Source: an uncultured Enterobacteriaceae bacterium
Lineage (GTDB): Bacteria > Pseudomonadota > Gammaproteobacteria > Burkholderiales > SG8-39
Direction of reading: 5' to 3'
Assembly (NCBI GenBank): GCA_964627075.1
Contig: CAZVHU010000001.1
Span: forward strand, 6,454 to 66,841
Length of the DNA: 60,388 nucleotides
Under the pieces are notes generated by a model. It was not told the DNA's origin. It did no database searches and was given only the letters and a program-made list of their open reading frames with translations. The translations under genes were made by a program, and so were the position numbers. Positions 58,051 through 60,388 of this stretch are shown here, one piece after another (positions within the stretch are counted from its first letter, which is position 1; each line of letters starts with the position of its first letter).

Positions 58051-59230
58051 GGCGTTCTTCGCCCCGTGCCCGCGGGGCCTGGAGCAGCTGCTCGCGGGCG
58101 AGCTCGGCGCGCTCGGCGCGCGCCATGCCGCCGCGGTGCCGGGGGGCGTCGCGTTCGCCGGCAACTGGGAAGCCTGCTACCGCGCCAATCTCTGGTCGCG
58201 CGTCGCCTCGCGCGTGCTGTGGCGCGTGGCGCAATTCGACTACGCGAGCGAGACCGACCTCTACGAAGCCGCCCGGGCCGTCGACTGGCCGGCGCTCTTT
58301 TCGGTCGCGCGCACGATCCGCGTCTACGTCACGGCGCAGAAGAGCCCGCTCAGGAGCCTCGAGTTCGCCACCCTCAAGGTGAAGGACGCGGTCTGCGACC
58401 GCTTCCGCGACGCGCAGGGCCGCCGCCCCAGCGTGGACCGCGCCGCGCCCGAGGTGCGCGTGCACGCGTTCCTCGAGGAAGAGCGCGCCACGCTCTACCT
58501 GGACACCTCGGGCGAGCCGCTCTTCAAGCGCGGCGCGCGCGCAGACACGGTAAGAGCGCCGCTGCGCGAGAACCTCGCGGCGGGGATCGTGCTGCTGTCG
58601 CGCTGGCAGCCCGGCGAGCCGCTGCTCGACCCGATGTGCGGCGGCGCGACGCTGCTTGCCGAGGCCGCGGCGATCGGCCGCGGCCGCGCGCCGGGCCTGA
58701 AGCGCGCCTTCGGCTTCGAGAAGCTCGCCGGGTTCCAGCCGGCGCTCTGGAAGCGGCTGCGCGAGGAGGCTGCGCACCCCGCGAAGAGCGCCGTGAAGCT
58801 CGAGCTCTACGGCTCCGACACCGACGAGCGCGCGCTCGCCGCCGCGCGCCGCAACCTCGCCGCGGCAGGAGTGGAGCGCTGGGTGCGCCTGGAGCGCGCC
58901 GACGTGCTCGAGCGCACTGCGCCCGCGCCCGCCGGGGTGATGATCGCCAACCCGCCCTACGGCGAGCGCACCGGCGCGCGCGAAGACCTCGCCCGCTTCT
59001 ACCCGAGGCTCGGGGACGCTCTGAAGAAGAACTTCGCCGGCTGGCGCTGCCACGTCTTCACCGCCGACCCGCGGCTGCCGAAGCTGATACGCCTGGAGCC
59101 CGCGCGGCGCGTGCCGCTGTGGAACGGCGCGCTCGAGTGCCGCCTCTACGAGTTCAGGATCGTCGCCGGCTCGCACCGCGGCCGCGCGCGGGGCGGCGGG
59201 GCGCAGCAGGCCGAAACGCGGCAACTGTAA
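58031..59230 (+). CDS. THUMP-domain class I SAM-dependent RNA methyltransferase (RlmL N-terminal-half-like)
   Basis: 399 aa with a TTG start overlapping hemJ. It has FFAPCPRGLE, DPMCGGATLL and NPPYGER. Its TAA stop lies in the left arm of the palindrome at 59224. Confidence 0.8.
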   Translation: MSTSPSEAFFAPCPRGLEQLLAGELGALGARHAAAVPGGVAFAGNWEACYRANLWSRVASRVLWRVAQFDYASETDLYEAARAVDWPALFSVARTIRVYVTAQKSPLRSLEFATLKVKDAVCDRFRDAQGRRPSVDRAAPEVRVHAFLEEERATLYLDTSGEPLFKRGARADTVRAPLRENLAAGIVLLSRWQPGEPLLDPMCGGATLLAEAAAIGRGRAPGLKRAFGFEKLAGFQPALWKRLREEAAHPAKSAVKLELYGSDTDERALAAARRNLAAAGVERWVRLERADVLERTAPAPAGVMIANPPYGERTGAREDLARFYPRLGDALKKNFAGWRCHVFTADPRLPKLIRLEPARRVPLWNGALECRLYEFRIVAGSHRGRARGGGAQQAETRQL

Positions 59231-59246
59231 AGGCAGACTTTACACT
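59224..59246 (+). repeat. 23-bp AT-rich palindrome, copy e: ACTGTAAAG-GCAGA-CTTTACACT
   Basis: Read directly, with 8/9 arm complementarity. It spans the 9-nt gap between two convergent genes. Confidence 0.9.
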
Positions 59247-59869
59247 TCGGCCCGTGGCGCCTGCCGGCGAAACACGAGGCTGAAGTTGTTCGCCGGCATG
59301 GCGACCGTCTCCTCGAGCGCGAGGCCCGCGCCGGCCGCGAGCCCGGCGACCGCCTCCATGTCGCGCACGCCCCAGCGCGGGTGCTGCGCGCGCAAGCTCG
59401 CGTCGAAGCGCTCGTTGCTCGGCGCGGTGTGCGCACCAAAGCGGCGATAGGGCCCGTAGAGGAAGAGTATCCCGCCAGGCGGCAGCACGCGCCGCGCGCC
59501 CTCTACGAGCGCTTGCGCCGTGCTCCACGGCGCGATGTGCACGAGGTTGATGGCGAGCACGGCGTCGGCGGCGGCGACCGGCCAGGGCAGGCGCTCGACG
59601 TCGAGCTCGATGGGCGCGGCGACGTTCGCCAGCCCTTCGGCGGCGATCCAGGCGGCGATCGAGCGGCGCATCGCCGGGTCGAGCTCGCTGGGCTGCCAGC
59701 GCCACGCGGGCAGCGCGCGCGCAAAGTGCACCACGTGCTGCCCGGTGCCGCTCGCGATCTCGAGCGCAAGGCCGCTCGCCGGCAGCGCCCGCCGCAGGAC
59801 TTCGAGTATCGGCCCCTTGTTGCGCTCTGCTGAAGGCGCGCAGGCGCCGGGACACTGCGTGCCGCTCAC
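59240..59869 (-). CDS. DUF938-like SAM-dependent methyltransferase
   Basis: 209 aa. It has AERNKGPILEVLRR and LEIASGTGQHVVHFA. Its TAA stop lies in the right arm of the palindrome. Confidence 0.75.
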   Translation of the reverse strand: MSGTQCPGACAPSAERNKGPILEVLRRALPASGLALEIASGTGQHVVHFARALPAWRWQPSELDPAMRRSIAAWIAAEGLANVAAPIELDVERLPWPVAAADAVLAINLVHIAPWSTAQALVEGARRVLPPGGILFLYGPYRRFGAHTAPSNERFDASLRAQHPRWGVRDMEAVAGLAAGAGLALEETVAMPANNFSLVFRRQAPRAEV

Positions 59870-59894
59870 CGGAGACGCGCGTGGCCGTCCACGG

Positions 59895-60164
59895 CTATTG
59901 CTTGGGGGCCGGCATGTGGACCGCAGGGCCGTCTTGCCGCGGCGGGCCGCCGGAGAAAATGCCCCACATCATCAAGGCGCCGAAGCCGAGCAGCATGGCG
60001 CAGGCGATCAGCGTGTTACGCAGCCACCGCCGCTCGCGCGCCCGGTCCGCCTCGATGCGGTCGAGCGCCTTGCGCACCTTGCGCAGCGCGCTGCGCTCCG
60101 CGGTGCGCTGCGCGTTCCCCGCGTTCGCGGCGCGGTCGGGCCGGTCGCCCGGATCGGTGGCCAT
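59895..60164 (-). CDS. Small hypothetical membrane protein
   Basis: 89 aa with a charged N-terminus and one TM segment (NTLIACAMLLGFGALMMWGIF). The overlapping plus-strand ORF is Arg/Ser/Ala-rich and looks spurious. Confidence 0.4.
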   Translation of the reverse strand: MATDPGDRPDRAANAGNAQRTAERSALRKVRKALDRIEADRARERRWLRNTLIACAMLLGFGALMMWGIFSGGPPRQDGPAVHMPAPKQ

Positions 60165-60197
60165 GCCGCGCGCCCGACGCGTCGGCGGCGCGAGCGC

Positions 60198-60388
60198 CTA
60201 GACGATGTCCAGGTGCTCGATGCCCTTCGAGAGGTCCTTGTCCTTCGCTTCCTTGCCGTGCAGCTTGATGTTGAGCCGCACCTCGTTGGTCGAGTCGGCG
60301 AACCTGAGCGCGTCCTCGTAGCTGATGCGCCCGGCCTCGTACAGGTCGAACAGCGCCTGGTCGAAGGTCTGCATGCCCAGCTCGCGGG
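60198..60388 (-). CDS. PilT/PilU-family twitching-motility ATPase, C-terminal fragment (the gene runs off the window)
   Basis: It is not in the ORF track. The reverse strand reads ...RELGMQTFDQALFDLYEAGRISYEDALRFADSTNEVRLNIKLHGKEAKDKDLSKGIEHLDIV*, a typical PilU/PilT C-terminus. Confidence 0.75.
   Translation of the reverse strand, partial: RELGMQTFDQALFDLYEAGRISYEDALRFADSTNEVRLNIKLHGKEAKDKDLSKGIEHLDIV

Noticed and set aside
58061-58080. GC hairpin GCCCCG...CGGGGC near 58061 as another REP copy
   Set aside because: It lies inside the THUMP methyltransferase coding sequence, where it encodes the conserved FAPCPRGLE. It also lacks the family's CCCCGC-N4-GCGGGG geometry.
43811-59224. Other long antisense ORFs (43811-46258, 47480-49690, 52053-53822, 53530-55185, 55769-57553, 57986-59224)
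   Set aside because: They show the same low-complexity Arg/Ala/Gly composition. Each overlaps a gene with clear family motifs on the other strand.

Overview
This is a very GC-rich bacterial chromosomal segment. Gene content and order (rubredoxin-pilGHIJ-chpA; yqgE-ruvX-pyrR-pyrB-pyrC'; ybeD-lipB-lipA; ubiE-Tim44-ubiJ-ubiB; thiD-thiE-hemL) look typical of Betaproteobacteria (Burkholderiales/Rhodocyclales-like); that placement is an inference from synteny, not a search result. I call about 60 protein genes, nearly all housekeeping: fatty-acid, shikimate, thiamine, haem, pyrimidine, lipoate and ubiquinone synthesis, cell wall, polA, and a type IV pilus Pil-Chp chemosensory cluster. Many are translationally coupled through ATGA/GTGA/TTGA start-stop overlaps. 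I saw no rRNA, tRNA, CRISPR array, integrase or transposase. All product calls rest on motif and family recognition by eye; no database search was possible. The many long Arg/Ala/Gly-rich ORFs in the track are antisense shadow ORFs of this GC-rich DNA. Five things are not explained by ordinary gene content. (1) An oriented 23-bp AT-rich palindrome, A(G/C)TGTAAAG-N5-CTTTACACT, occurs five times. One copy lies in-frame inside polA in rare codons. One supplies the stop codons of two convergent genes. Two bracket a small island. (2) There is a second, GC-rich REP-like hairpin family (CCCCGC-N4-GCGGGG). (3) There are two small accessory islands. One holds a small basic protein plus a Pol-beta-fold nucleotidyltransferase, inserted among decaying orphan ABC substrate-binding-protein paralogues. 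The other is a lower-GC frameshifted paralogue nested between palindromes and long hairpins. (4) A 535-aa conserved protein carries an apparent PilZ (c-di-GMP) signature. (5) Homopolymer G/C tracts at the contig edge are probably artefactual. None of these is proven to be a novel system. The palindrome family and the nucleotidyltransferase cassette are the best candidates.
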